From Eledone cirrhosa (lineage: Eukaryota): a stretch of DNA of 64,000 nucleotides. The notes under the pieces were generated by a model. It was not told where the DNA came from, searched no databases, and saw nothing but the letters and a program-made list of their open reading frames with translations. Shown here one piece after another: positions 1-13,500 of this stretch (position 1 is the stretch's first letter; every line of letters begins with the position of its first letter). The stretch lies in the NCBI GenBank assembly GCA_964016885.1, contig OZ024743.1, positions 300,328,001 through 300,392,000 on the forward strand, written 5' to 3'. Made by a program: the position numbers and the translations under genes.

Positions 1-990
1 AATTAGAGATAATGGTGCATTTTTACGCTAGACATACATTACAAGTTCTAGTTATGGAAGCGTTGGAATAAGGAGACGCATTACACATTTTACCCCAAGA
101 AACTTTTTGTAATTAATGTTTGTGTTCTGATATGTAATGATGAGTTCTGAGAGTGCAGTGTTTGTTCGTTTAAGTGGGTATTTAAAAGATGAAGAATGAT
201 TATATAAGCTTGCCTTAAATGAAGTAGAAGTAGAGCCAAATAGGTATAAGAATTGTAACTAGTTGTCACCTTACATTCGTATACTAAATTTTTAGCAAGA
301 CAGTAATTATTAAGAGGACAGTTAGTTCTATTAGGGCAATTGCATTTACGATTAATGTTATTAACAGAGTTACTTGCAAGTGGCCCAGAATTATTTATAG
401 AAGAAATTGTAGTGGAGAAATTAACTAAAGGAGGTGCTAATGTTTTCTGATTTAGATTACTATTAGTAGCATTCATCGAAAAAAACGTTTGACGTCGTAT
501 TTATATTTAAGATATCTTGTCTAGGAACATTCATCGAAATTACGCTTGACGTCGTATTTATATTTAAGTTATCTTGTCTAGAGTTTACATTGACGTCGGG
601 CCTTATAGTGTTATTACTATGACGCTCAGGGTTAGATGGATATGAGTTATTCTATAATATTTTAGTATTATGTTTTGAGATAATGTTAGAAATGTTGGAA
701 GTGGCGGAATAAGAGAATTTAATTGTGTGTTATTAACAATCTTACTATAAATATGTGAATGAGGGAACCATTTGTCTAACGCCCTAAAAAATAATTCAGG
801 AATATTACTAATAATAGAAAGAGAAAAAAGGAGCGTTGTAGTAAATAATATTTGTTGTATCTGGGTCTCCTCTTTATGTTATTAGAATGCTTATAGCTAG
901 CTATATTACTATAAGTTCTGCCATGATTGGTTTCATTAGTGTATTTAATTCTTTAATATTTTAGTATTATGTTATTAACAGAGTTACCTC
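1..990 (-). pseudogene. Naiad-like PLE fragment (RT-EN linker and GIY-YIG)
   Basis: CNCPNRTNCPLNNYCLAKNLVYECKV, with YTTTLLFSLS and FTYYSK linker remnants upstream. Frameshifted, and contains a ~58-bp internal tandem duplication at ~470-600. Confidence 0.8.
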
Positions 991-994
991 TTAC

Positions 995-1088
<94 letters not shown>

Positions 1089-1099
1089 TGTATATATAT

Positions 1100-1323
1100 G
1101 TATAAAAAAGAAAATGTTCGCTCTACATGGCTGAATACATTAAACGTAATCTGAGTTTTTTCGAATATTAATTCGATTCGTTTGCAATTATGCACACAAG
1201 TCTCAATTTTATAGCTATGTCAGTAGAATGAACCTTTCATGGGTATAACATTGAGGCTTATTTGCATAATTGCAAACGAATCGAATGTTATTATTAATAT
1301 TCGAAAAACTCAGATAACATTTA
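1100..1323. mobile_element. Foldback mini-element between (TA)n tracts
   Basis: Imperfect arms at ~1142-1207 and 1250-1323. Confidence 0.6.
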
Positions 1324-1355
1324 TATATATATATATATATATACATACATATATT

Positions 1356-1520
1356 TGTTTCTACTTTTGGCACAAAGCCACCAATTACCCCAGTGTATCA
1401 CTGGTGCTTTATGTTATCGACCCCGTAAGGATGAAAGGGAAAGTTAACCTCAGCGAGATTTGAACTCAGACCATAAAGTGCCCTAACTCTTTGCTGCAAA
1501 GCATGGCGTCCAACCCTTTA
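1356..1520 (-). mobile_element. tRNA-derived SINE with Nin/Deu-type domain
   Basis: B-box GAGTTCAAATC followed by CCTTTCATCCTTACGGGGTCGATAA. Confidence 0.85.
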
Positions 1521-1521
1521 C

Positions 1522-2958
1522 CTGTAGGGCCTACATAGGGTTAACCGCCAATAGATTCAAGCAGCGTCTTTACATTCATACCCATTATTTTCGTTACCCT
1601 CTAAGAAGGAATATGACATCTCTTTTAGCTTATATCTGGAGTCTAAAAGACAACCACACCCAATATAAGTTACACTGGGAGATCCTAGCTAGGGCTAGAT
1701 CGTATAACGGAAATAAAAGACCATGTGACCTCTGCGCCGCTGAGGCCCTGGAAATACTCTACGCCACAGACCACATCTTAAACAAAAAATCTGAGGCAAT
1801 TTCGGCTTGTAAACATAAATTGCACAAAACTTTCCTGTATTACAGCCCCACGTTATACCCTAACGGATAGTACGATCTATACGTGGATATTTTACGTCTC
1901 GATGTGGGAGCTAAGTATATGTTTTGTTTATACCTTTACTTATTTGCATAGGTAAGTATATATTATCCGTATGTTTTGTGATGGTACGTATACCTTCTCG
2001 TACGTATATTTGATTGTTATGGCGTATAATTTGTTTATATATTCTGGTACATATGGTTCGACTATGTGTATACGGGAGTTTTGCGTCTGTGTGAGTATGC
2101 AGGTTCGTACGTATGTGGGGCGTGTGTATATGTATACTTCATATTTTGGTTGACTTACGTCTCCGAACATTCGTGTATTTATATGTAGGTATGTGTGTGC
2201 GCTTGTTATATACGTATTTATTCATTTATATACGTTTATATAATTATTTATTTATTTGTATACACGCTTACACACACACACCTATTTATATGTGCGTGGT
2301 TTTGTTTACCTATGGTAAGTTTTTGCGTATGCTTGTATATGTACGTTTCTGTTTGCGTGTATGTATTTATTTATTTCTATTACTTCTGTATTGTATTTAT
2401 TTACTTTGTTCTTAACTCTGTAGCGGAGATTCATTCGGTCTCCTAGTTAGAATTTAGTCTACGACTTCTGCTATACCATTTACGTGGTTTTGTCTTTGCG
2501 TGCTATTGTTCTCCACGCTCCACATATGACGTATTATCTTCGTTTTTTTCGTTCATCGCCAGAGAACGTCTCTATGCACCACCTAAGAGAACATTAGTCT
2601 ACAACCTCTATTATACTATAAACGTGGTTCTATCTTTGCGCGTATTGTTTTTCACCGCTCCTATTAATGACGAATTGTATTCGTTTTTTCCCGTTCTTTG
2701 CCAGCGAACGTTCCACGAACCAAAGTATCGTCTTCCAGTCTTCCTCCGGTTGCAGCGTTTTTTGAAATATCCAGTTCTGCGTTTACATATTGACTTTGTT
2801 AGTTTCAGAAGATCCCGTTAAGGGTGAAAGCAGTGATTCTTTGCTTAAACTTTAATCTGTTATTTTAATAAACATTTGCTCTACGGTTCTTATATATTTG
2901 ATATATATTTATCCTTATCGAGCCCTCTTTGGATTTTAGTCTTCAAATTTATTATTAT

Positions 2959-2962
<4 letters not shown>
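1522..2962 (+). mobile_element. 3' fragment of a Naiad-like PLE (end of GIY-YIG, long 3' UTR, degenerate hammerhead, terminus at (TA)n)
   Basis: AYIGLTANRFKQR..H, YIWSLK..WEILARA..CDLCAAE..LNKKSE..CKH. The core CAGAAGA-tccc..ggg-t-GAAA is at ~2806-2830. The terminal ~155 bp recurs at 51651-51806. Confidence 0.8.
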
Positions 2963-3020
<58 letters not shown>

Positions 3021-3026
<6 letters not shown>

Positions 3027-5495
3027 AAAAGATAACAAGGACGATTGGTTACTCCTGTATTACATTTATTGGTATGTGATGCGCGTTATGCCACTGATCA
3101 CCTCAAGGTTCGATCTGTATCGATCTTACCCGATTCAATAATCAGAAGCTCGACGGACCCCTTAAAATGCTAGTAGAAAATGAATACATGCTATATGATA
3201 AAGTCAGAAGTTCATATGTTGGTCAATAAGGCTAGTTTTGATTGTTTGAATAGATCATAGGCGTGTTTTCGCTTGTAGGGTATGTCAGGGGTGGATGTGA
3301 TGATAAGATGGTGGTGACAGTCGCAGGCTGAGGTGGGCTGTGGTGTGAGGTTGATGGATTGTCGGTAGACAGATTCACGTGTATTTGTGGCTGATTATTG
3401 TGTGTGGTGTGGGTGTGGTGTTTAAAGGTGGTGTGGTGGATGTGTTGGTGGTGTCAAATACAATGAGGAGATACATACCTAGACGTTGTATACATAGACC
3501 TGCGTATATACAGACTGACATATATACACATGCACACACACACAAACATACACACATATATACACATACACACATATATACATATACACATGTGTGTGTG
3601 TGTATATAGAGAGAGGGAGATGCGTAGAGCATAGATAGCGGGAGGGGAAGTGCCAATGGTGTTTGCGTTGTACATATAAATATACATATATACACATGTA
3701 TATATACATACCTACACACAGACACACACACTTGTGTTGTTTAGGGAGGGAAAGTATGTGTTGGCGATGTTAATGATGTTAATGATTGTTGGAGTATGGA
3801 GATGTGCCGAGTGGTGGCGGTGGTGGTGTGCACAGTATATTTACAGGATCGAATTTAACGAATGATTGTAGATTAAAACAGACAGAGAGAACATGGGGGA
3901 ACAAGGTTGTGGGTGTGGGATGGTAGACATATAGCAATGTGTGCAGTGTTGGTGGGGGAGGTGGTGGTGCCGATGGGGTGATATGATCAACATTATATTT
4001 ACAGGATCGGATGCTACAATGGATTGCAAGTGATCTGGGACCTCAAGGTAAATATAATGTCGATCATATCGCCCGATAGCCACCACCACCACCGCCACCA
4101 CCAACACCGCAAACATCGCTATATGTCTACCATCCGCCACCCACAACCTTGTTCCCCCATGTTCCCTCTGTATGTTTTAATCTACAATCATTCGTTAAAT
4201 TCGATCCTGTAAATATACTGTGCACACACCACCACCGCCACCACTACATACAATTCATTAACATCATTAACATCGCCAACACATACTTTCCCTCCCTAAA
4301 CAACGCAAGTGTGTGTGTCTGTGTGTAGGTATGAATATATATATATATATATTAGAATGATCGAGTATCGAAAAATCGGCGCACGAGTTCACGATAAACA
4401 AAATTCGAAATGAGCGGCAGAGGGCTCAATAATTCAGATGAATCAGAGCTATAACTATCGTTAAAATACCGTCACACATAGAACAAGTCTAAAATCAACC
4501 ATACGATAAAAATCGATAATAGAAGATTCGGGACAATCAGATAAAAAATATTAATAAAACAATACATCAATAATTTAAATGAATGTAAAATCATACCCGG
4601 ACCCACTAGAAAGGTGTTAAATCTAGCTTCTTGGGTTTCTGTAAATCCTTAGACTGTACTCTATCAGCTCACATATAAATATATAAGACTTCTAGAGCAA
4701 GCGGACTGGAAGTTTACTTCTTCAACGAGCTTCGTCCTAGCGGATAAGAGGCTAACTACAAGCAAAATACGCACATGGAATCCGGCAAGGGAGATAACCT
4801 CTACATCCGCGAAAACTATTCGAGGAAATGTGGAAATACACATATCGAATAAAAGTGCTCAATAGACATGTTGAAATAAAACAGGAGCTATTCATCACTC
4901 AATAGAATCGACAAAAAATGAGCAATAAAATTAACTGGTGGGTAGCTATGTCCAGAGCTAAAAATATTAGAATGATCGAGTATCGAAAAATTGGCGCACG
5001 AGTTCATGATAAACAAAATTCGAAATGAGCGGCAGAGGGCTCAATAATTCAGATGAATCAGAGCTATAACTATCGTTAAAATACCGTCACACATAGAACA
5101 AGTCTAAAATCAACCATACGATAAAAAATCGATATATACAATGAGGAGATACATACCTAGTCACACTTGGTATGCCAAAGACGTTGTATACATACACATG
5201 CGTATATAAAACACTAACATATATACACATACACACACATACGCACACACACATACATTCACATATATACATATACACACATATATATACACATGTGTGA
5301 GTGTGTCTATATATAGAGAGAGGGGGAGACGTAGATCATAGATAGAAGGAGGGGGAGAGCCAATGGAGATGGTGTTGTACATATAAAGATACATATATAC
5401 ACATGTATATTTATATATATGCTCTACGACTCCCCCTCTCTCTATATATAGCCACACACACACATGTGTATATATATGTGCGTATATGTATATAT

Positions 5496-5539
<44 letters not shown>

Positions 5540-6133
5540 TAGTGTTTATATACGCATGTATATGTATACAACGTATTTGGCAGACTAAGTGTGTCTAGGT
5601 ATGTATCTCCCCACTGTATTTGACACCACCCACACAATCACCAAACTTTCATTACCACAAACAACAACGCCACACCCACACACACACAATACACGCGAAT
5701 CTGTCTACCGACAATCCATCAACCTCACACCACAGCCCACCTTAGCCTACGACCGTCACCACCATCTTATCATCACATCCACCTCCCATACCCTACAGGC
5801 GAAAACACGCCTATGATCTATTCCACCAATGAAAACAAGCCTTATTGACCAACATATGAACTTCTGACTTTATCATATAGCCTGTATTCATTTTCTACTA
5901 GCATTTAAAGGGGTCCGTCGAGCTGCGGATTATTGAATCGGGTAAGATCGATACAGATCGTACCTTGAGGTGATCAGTGGCATAACGCGTGTCACCTACC
6001 AATAAATGTAATAAAGGAGTAACCAATCGTCCTTGTTATCTTTTCAATATAATACACTCTACACCTCGACACAGAAGTGATCCTAAACATCGAGTGCTCA
6101 CCCGGGTGAACCTAGGGTAACTCCAAGTTTCAC

Positions 6134-6138
<5 letters not shown>
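3021..6138. mobile_element. Large foldback element (arms ~3021-4001 and ~4048-6050, tail 6051-6138), PLE-derived, interrupted by the 615-bp element
   Basis: 3021-3400 is the reverse complement of ~5690-6050, and 3705-4001 of 4048-4335. Related sequence occurs at 38830-39280. Confidence 0.8.
4351..5133. repeat. 1.27 tandem copies of a 615-bp structured non-coding unit
   Basis: 4351-4517 recurs at 4966-5133. The left end abuts (TA)n. Homologous to the 602-bp array. Confidence 0.9.
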
Positions 6139-6194
<56 letters not shown>

Positions 6195-6239
6195 GATATT
6201 AAATAAATGGAAACTATATTTATAAAACCATATTTATTT

Positions 6240-6298
6240 CATTATATATATTTCAGGGATATCATATTAACAATATGCTATGCCTTCCTCAGACAAAA
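6240..6298 (-). ncRNA. Hammerhead-like ribozyme (type I) in 3' pseudo-LTR
   Basis: Minus strand reads CTGAGGA-agg...catatt gtt aatatg...cct-GAAA-tata-TA, with a palindromic minimal stem III. Stem I register is imperfect. Confidence 0.7.
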
Positions 6299-7642
6299 TA
6301 CAATATAGACAGTTTTATAGATAAATAGATTTGACATACCGTTCAACATCGACTTGTATTTGAAAAGTTGATTTGGCAGTGAAAAAATTGTAAACAGAAA
6401 GAAAGAGAGAAAAAAGGAAAGAAAGAAAAGAAAGAAAGAAAACGAAGAAAAAGAAGAAATGCATGGAACAAAATAGAGAGATGGAAAGATAGATAAAGAG
6501 AAGAACTTCATGTAAAGAAACAGAGAGAGATATATATAGAGAGAGGAAATAGATAGAGATAGATATATATAGAGAAAAGTAGGTAGTTGGACATCCGTTG
6601 AATAAACGTATCAATGATACATTTATTTATTTATTTATTTATTTAGCTCTAGTATTAATGTAAGGGAGATATATGTGGTTAGGAGAGAAACCAGCTGTTA
6701 TATAGAGAGAAAAATGAAAAGTAACCAGACATAGGCGAGGCATAAAAACCCTATGTTTTAATGTAGAAGTATTAGTATGTATAAAAACCAGGCACTATAA
6801 TGTAAATATCAGTATTCCTGAATGAGACACGTATCCATAATGTGTGAAAAGTAATGATCTTATGTTTAGTTTTAAAAATTCATATGTTTATATGATAACT
6901 ACAAACATCGATGTGAATTTACGTGATCAACTCTGCAAACCCCAATCTCACACGGAGAACATTCTCATTGTGCTATAAAAATTTAAGTATACATATATGT
7001 GTATATATATACACATATATATAGACTCTATATTACTACCATTCTTGTCTTTACTCTACATGATTATCTATCAAGCAGAAATAGAGAACAGATTTCAATA
7101 TATTAATAAAAAAACAGATTTCAATATATTAATAAAAAATATCAGAAACAAAAACAAAAAAAATAATAATAATAATAATAATAAATAATAATAAAATAGA
7201 AAACTAAAAAATATTACGAAAAAATATTACGTATTAAAAATATTACATATTAAAAATAAAAATATTAGAAAATACTACAATAATAAAAATAAACCACAAA
7301 GATCAACCCTTCAAAATTAATTGACAATATATTGCCAAGTTCATTATAAGCATCAGAGTCGAAAACAGATAAAGCTAAAAATGATTTATCAAATCGCGTC
7401 TAGCAAAAATCATTTCAAAAAGTTTAGGATGCCCATTTGGTCTACATGTGTTCTTATATTTAATATAGAAGTTTATCTAGTGTAACGTTTATTCGAAATA
7501 TTTGGAGCATCAACTTTTAGGGTAGTTTAATTTTTCATGAAGAATGTTTAAATAAAAATAAAAATAAAAAGAAGAATAAAAAGAAGAAATCGAAAGATTT
7601 ATCGGCTAGTTTCCCAAATAATTATAAATCAAACTAAATATA

Positions 7643-9863
7643 CTACATTTTAAATTTAATTTTATATTTAAAAGTTGAGTTTAATCTATGTTTGCAGCAA
7701 CTGAATAAATTTGTCCGTAGATTAAGGGAATCTTTAGATTTTAGTATAAAGAATATCTCCTCTGCGCAGAGGTCACATGTCTCAGAGGATGAATTAAAAG
7801 GAATCCCTCTTGAGACTATATTCCAAGCCGTCGAATATCTAACGTTATCTAGCTTAAGTTGCCAGAGTACGCCTGATAGTGCTGTTGAAGATTTTTTGCT
7901 TGGATCTGTGAAAGAAATCTTGTGGTTATTATAGCGAAGTTTAAATTCCGTCGATGTGGAACCGACGTAGTTAAAAGAATTAGAGTCAGTTTTAACATTA
8001 CAATTGTATATTATATTTTTAACTAAGTAGTTGTTATTTAACGGACATTTAGATCTATCTCTACAGTTACATTTGTTAACTTGTATATTATTTATGCTAT
8101 TATCACTAGGTTTTAAGTTCCTATTATTTATTCTATTAATATTTTGTGCTAAATTTTTGGTGGATGAGTAGGTTAATTTTATAGTATGTCTATTGAAAAT
8201 TGAGTGATACCTATGTGTTCTAGGGAAGCGATTATCAAGAGCTTTAAAAAATAGTTTAGCGATGTGGGTTTTAATGTTTAGTGAGAAAGGGGGGGGGGGG
8301 GGCAAACCAAATTATGTTCCTAGTTCTATTTCTTTTTTGGCTTTTGGAATTATTGTAATGCTTTCTATTATAGTTGTTAAGGTTGTTGCCGTAATTAAAA
8401 TAGTTGTTATTTTGTTTAGTTTGTCTATCATTATCTATGTACATAATCTTATCACTATATCCTGCTCTAGCTAACGCTTCATTGTAGTACTGGGCTTTTT
8501 CGTCGAAAATCTTTCTATTAGACGAGATTCTAGAGATACGTTTTTGAACAGAGTTTACTATAGTGTTTTTGACAGATCTGGGGTGGTTAGAGTTAAAGCT
8601 GACATAGTTTAAGTTTTCATTCAACTTGTGAAAAGGATAGTGAAGACATGTGTTGAGATTTAATGTTATATCTAGGAAATTGACTATTCTATGGTTGTTC
8701 TCAATTTCTATTTTAAGATTAAAGTAATTAAAAAATTGTGTAATTTGTTTACATTTTCTATTTAGTTCAGAGTTATTATTATCAATAAGTAAAAGCATGT
8801 CATCTCTATATAAACCTCCGGTAGTACCAGGTATTTTCCTATGTAGCGAATTGATTAAAAGTAAGCCCACAAGGTCAGTTACCTGAGCTGAGTCGGATGA
8901 TCCCATAGTAATGTCAAAATTGCTATCTCTATCTGCTCTGGTCCATAGTTGGTCTTTAAATTCTATCAATGTTTTCCTAGCCGATAATATAATATGCATT
9001 TCATTGCTAGTTAGGTCTGTATGTTTGAATGCGTAATTTAGTGCCTTATTTAGTAGATTAGGGGTAATAGAAGAATAATAGTTAGCAATATCAAGTTGAA
9101 TAAACTTATTATTATTGTTATATTTAATTTGCTTAAACCACTCAACAACCTCTCCAGTTCCCTTCCACAAGCTCAGGTTAGGTAAACAATCCAAGTTCTT
9201 AATTTGCTGTATCACCCTGTCAAGAATGTTTTTGCTTAATTTGCCCAGGTCCGATTTTGATGGTGCGATCAATCTGACTGGCAAGTCATTTTCAAAATTC
9301 CTCTTGTGATCTTTCATATTGATCTTCGGTTTCCTGGGCACGAAAGGTTGTGTTCTGTTCTCAATTTCCAACTCGTGCATTATACAAGATGCTTCGACAT
9401 TCATTTTCTCAAGCTCGGCCTTATCTGCTACCTTGTACTTTTTCCTCAGGTCCTTCAGTATGAGGCCATTATACATGTCTTTCTGCACTCCATAGAGGTT
9501 GTTGGTCTTGTCAGATTTCACCAAGATCTTCTCAGTTTTCTCTAAGCTCTCAATATTATCCTTAATGCCTTTCAGATATTCCTGGCCTTTGAAGTTTCTC
9601 TTGAATTTGACCCCTTGTATGATAGAAATTATATCGTTTTCAAAGTCAGATAAAAGTTTGTTAGGGGGTGGATTTCTTTTAGATTTGAAAACTTTGTTTA
9701 AGTCCGAGACATTTTCATTTATATTAGATTTATCAAAGTGGAATGCTCGCCACCTGATTCTCCTTATAAAAGAGTCAGATTTATCTATTAATTGTTTTAT
9801 AAAGTCTTTGTTTCTAGGTAGAGGTATGTCTTTTAAAGAGGAAGTAATCTTAAAGAATTCCAT
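7643..9863 (-). CDS. PLE polyprotein (reverse transcriptase + C-terminal GIY-YIG endonuclease), ~739 aa if one base is removed from the C14 run at 8289-8302
   Basis: The 530-aa ORF has RT motifs QLDIANYYSSI, FDITMGSSDSAQVTDLVG, GLYRDD, VNFLDITL and SNHP. The overlapping 220-aa ORF has CNCR..CPL, NIIY..YVGST..FKLRYNNH, CDLCAEE and SCCKH. The frames switch at WFAPP|PFSL inside the homopolymer. Confidence 0.9.
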
Positions 9864-10046
9864 TTTTTCAGTTATAATATAAAGCGCTCAACAGTATTGG
9901 AGCAAGATACATGGAAAGTTATATTTAAATTGTTGGGTTACAACTAGTAAATATTTATAACTGATATAAAAGCACACGACAAGTATTTGGAGTATATTTA
10001 CGATATTAAATAAATGGAAACTATATTTATAAAACCATATTTATTT

Positions 10047-10105
10047 CATTATATATATTTCAGGGATATCATATTAACAATATGCTATGCCTTCCTCAGA
10101 CAAAA
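10047..10105 (-). ncRNA. Hammerhead-like ribozyme in 5' pseudo-LTR copy
   Basis: Same sequence as 6240-6298. Confidence 0.7.
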
Positions 10106-10482
10106 TACAATATAGACAGTTTTATAGATAAATAGATTTGACATACCGTTCAACATCGACTTGTATTTGAAAAGTTGATTTGGCAGTGAAAAAATTGTAA
10201 ACAGAAAGAAAGAAAGAGAGAAAAAAGGAAAGAAAGAAAAGAAAGAAAGAAAACGAAGAAAAAGAAGAAAAAGAAGAAATGCATGGAACAAAATAGAGAG
10301 ATGGAAAGATAGATAAAGAGAAGAACTTCATGTAAAGAAACAGAGAGAGATATATATAGAGAGAGGAAATAGATAGAGATAGATATTTATAGAGAAAAGT
10401 AGGTAGTTGGACATCCGTTGAATAAACGTATCAATGATACATTTATTTATTTATTTATTTATTTAGCTCTAGTATTAATGTA

Positions 10483-10530
<48 letters not shown>

Positions 10531-10539
10531 TAGATAAAT

Positions 10540-13500
10540 ATACACGATTGTGTATAGTAGATTATATTAATAAAAGGAATTCCAACTTTGTCTGATTTAC
10601 TTGTTTTATTTACAATCATTTAAAATTTATAATGGTATTAGAATGAAATAGTATGGTAGAATATTAAATGTTAAGTGTTAATTGAACAAGTACTTTCATG
10701 CTTTCGCAATCTTCAGGTTCTTAATGTGTGGTGACAGTCAAGTTTGCAATTTTCAACTGCAATGAGATTGTGTGCCTTATATACAGTGAAAAATGGCTCC
10801 AGAATGCTAATTCTTGCAAACTGTATTTCGACCAATCGGTGTGTAGTTTCACTGTATTACTAAAGCTGATTGGTTTAGGCGTCACGGTTGGTTGAACATG
10901 TCTAACGACTACTATTTGACCCTATCCAAAGCATCAATTGTTTTGCTATTTTTTAGAAATGATGAAAAGAGCATTTTCTAGTAATGATCACCATCAACAT
11001 CAATTTTATTATTATTATTATTGTTGTTGTTGTTGTTAGTGGTCGTAGTCGACATGGTCTTAGTCATAGTCATAGTAGGAGTAACCTTCCATTATTATTG
11101 TTCATTTAGCTTGGGTTTGAATTTATCAATAAAATTATTTTCTTTGATTTTTCTCTTGATTTCACTTGGGCTGTGTAATTTGTAGAATGGGAATATTATA
11201 AATATTCACTGACCACATGTGGCTAGATGGTTACTTAGGGGTATCTGACGGACATTTGGGTCTCTGAATTGCTGTCGGTGTACCCTTGCACGTTCCGATA
11301 GTGCATTTCCAGTTCGACCGACATATAATTCTTCACAACTCGGGCATTTAATGCAGTAAATTAGATTTCTGCTTTTGCAGTTCATATTTGCATTTGGTAA
11401 TATTTTTCCAGTTTTTGTTTTCATATATTGACCGGCGTGTATGGATTGACATGTACCACATCGACTATCTCTGCATTTAGATACAGTGAATGATTGGTCT
11501 CTTGTTATTAAGGTCAAACTTTGCTTTTGTTAGTAATTGCTTCAACTTTTTCGGCTGTCTTTTACTAAGAGTCAAAGATCGATCTGTGATTAAGCCTTTT
11601 AATTAACTACTTTGAGCATGATCGGTATGTTTGCTTTGGCAGTGTTGAAGGTATTCAGGTGACATGGGTTGTGTGTCATTATAAATGGTATGACCGATTC
11701 TTGGTTTCTTCTTCCTTGGGTTGTCTTAAGTTGTTGTATAGGTATTTTTATAGCCCGCTGTATGCCATTTTCTATAAGTAGAGATGGGTATTTTTGTTTG
11801 AGCAAAAATTCTCATAGTTCTGTTAGGCGTTTGTACCTGGTATTCGTATCTTCTAAAATGGTACAAATTCTTCTGGCTAGGCAGTATGGGATGTTGCGTT
11901 TTGTATGAGATGGATGGCACGACTTAAAATTAAGATATTGATGGGTGTCTGTGTGTTTATAATATATATCCGTGGTAATGGTGGTGTCGTTTTTGATTAT
12001 CATTATATCTAGGAATGGTAATTTGGTACTACTCATCTCTTTTGTGAATTGGAGAGATGGGTGTAGGTTATTCAGGAGGATATTGAACTCATCCAGAGTA
12101 TCTAGAGATTCTGTCCAGATGATGAAACAGTCGTCAAGGTATCTCTTCCAAGATTTTTCAATGTACTTTCTAAAGTCAGTACTATATTTTTCCTCTATTT
12201 CTTGGTAGAGTTGTTGTTCTAAGTATCAAATTACAGAGATTGCGTAAACGGGAGCAAACTTCGTTCTCATCGCTATGCCTCTAATTTGGATGTAATTCTT
12301 TCCATTGAAGAAGAAAGTGTTGTTTGCTAGAATAAGTTTAACTGCGTCTAATATAAATGGCGCTGTGAATCTAATGGGAATCACTTCTCTATGTTTTTCC
12401 ACCCAGTATTTAACCGCCTTTATTCCTAAATCATGTGTAATGTTGGTGTAAAGGCTTACCACATCAAAACTAAGTAGAAATGAATTCGTTTCCGTGGTTT
12501 GGGGAAGATGGGACAGGAAGCCAATATCATCCCGGAAGAAACTGGGTATGTGAATACAAAGTGGTTTCAAAATAATGTCAACACAATTGCTTAGACGGTG
12601 AGTGGGGCATGTTGGACCAGCTATAATAGGTCTAAGTTTTAAGTCTTTTGGGTGTAGTAATTTAATGTACTCAGTCTTTTCTTCTCTTACTGCCAGTTCT
12701 ATTTCCTTTGACTTATGAACTTTCGGTAGGCCATACAGTTTGCTGGGGTTTGGCTCAAAATTGGTGATGTAGTCTCTTTCCTTATCAGTAAGTGAGTTGT
12801 GGTATTTTGAAGCCACGTTGTTGATCTTCTTCATGATGTTGTGGTCTATATTTGACGGTATTTCATGATAGAATATTGTGTCTTTCAGTTGTTCCTCAAC
12901 CAAATCCTTGTAGTATTCAGCATCCATTATAACAACTGCACCCTCTTTATCTGCTTGTTTAATTATTATTGTTTTATCAACTTGTATACGTTTAAGTGCA
13001 GATATTTCTGATTTGTTAATGTTTGTCGTGACATTAGTATTACGTCTAAGAGGAAATTTAGACAGGATGTCAATGTATTGGTCGAGATAGATATTTCTTC
13101 CTTTTGGCGGAGTCAAATTTGATTTATTCTTTACTAGTGATTCATCACTCTCATTAATTTTATCAGCGAAGAATTCTACAGGACGTAATTTTCGACAGAA
13201 TTCTTGGGTATCCTCCTTCAGTTCTTGGTGGTTAACTGTTGGAGTCGGTGTGAATTTCAGTCGTTTTGACAGAATTTGCATTTCATTATTGTCAAGATCT
13301 CTTTTGGATAAATTAATTATTTTAGGATCTACGTGTTTTGGGTATGTTTCTTCCTGCAGTTTTTCTTTTTCCGGTTTTTGTTTTCCTGACGTTAAAAAAT
13401 GGAATTTTCTCTGTTCAGTATTTATATTCCTGTTGGTGTTTGCTTGATGAACTTTTGGTCGTGGTATTATATTTGGTTTCGTTATGTATTTTGTCCTATT

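Larger units (their letters stand above)
6192..10482 (-). mobile_element. Near-complete Penelope-like retroelement (Naiad-like) in partial-tandem form, inserted in a (TA)n tract
   Basis: A near-identical direct repeat at 6192-6662 and 9999-10482 (pseudo-LTR) flanks an RT + GIY-YIG ORF. (TA)n lies on both sides and each repeat has a hammerhead-like core. The clade call is from recalled motifs (SLKDIPLP, RWRAFHF, GLYRDD), not a tree. Confidence 0.93.

Noticed and set aside
4595-4670. Minus-strand hammerhead in the 615-bp unit (CTGATAGA...GAAACCCA...TGGGTC)
   Set aside because: Stem I cannot form and the core has an insertion. The 602-bp homologue has GAAG and no CTGA box.
6815-6860. Plus-strand hammerhead (CTGAATGA..acac/gtgt..GAAA)
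   Set aside because: The core has an extra base, stems I and III are not convincing, and it is antisense to the element.
7643-9863. Selenoprotein-encoding Naiad (in-frame TGA plus SECIS)
   Set aside because: The ORF has no in-frame TGA, and none of the cysteine-motif positions here or in the other fragments is TGA. The TGA at ~49516 falls at a Ser position.
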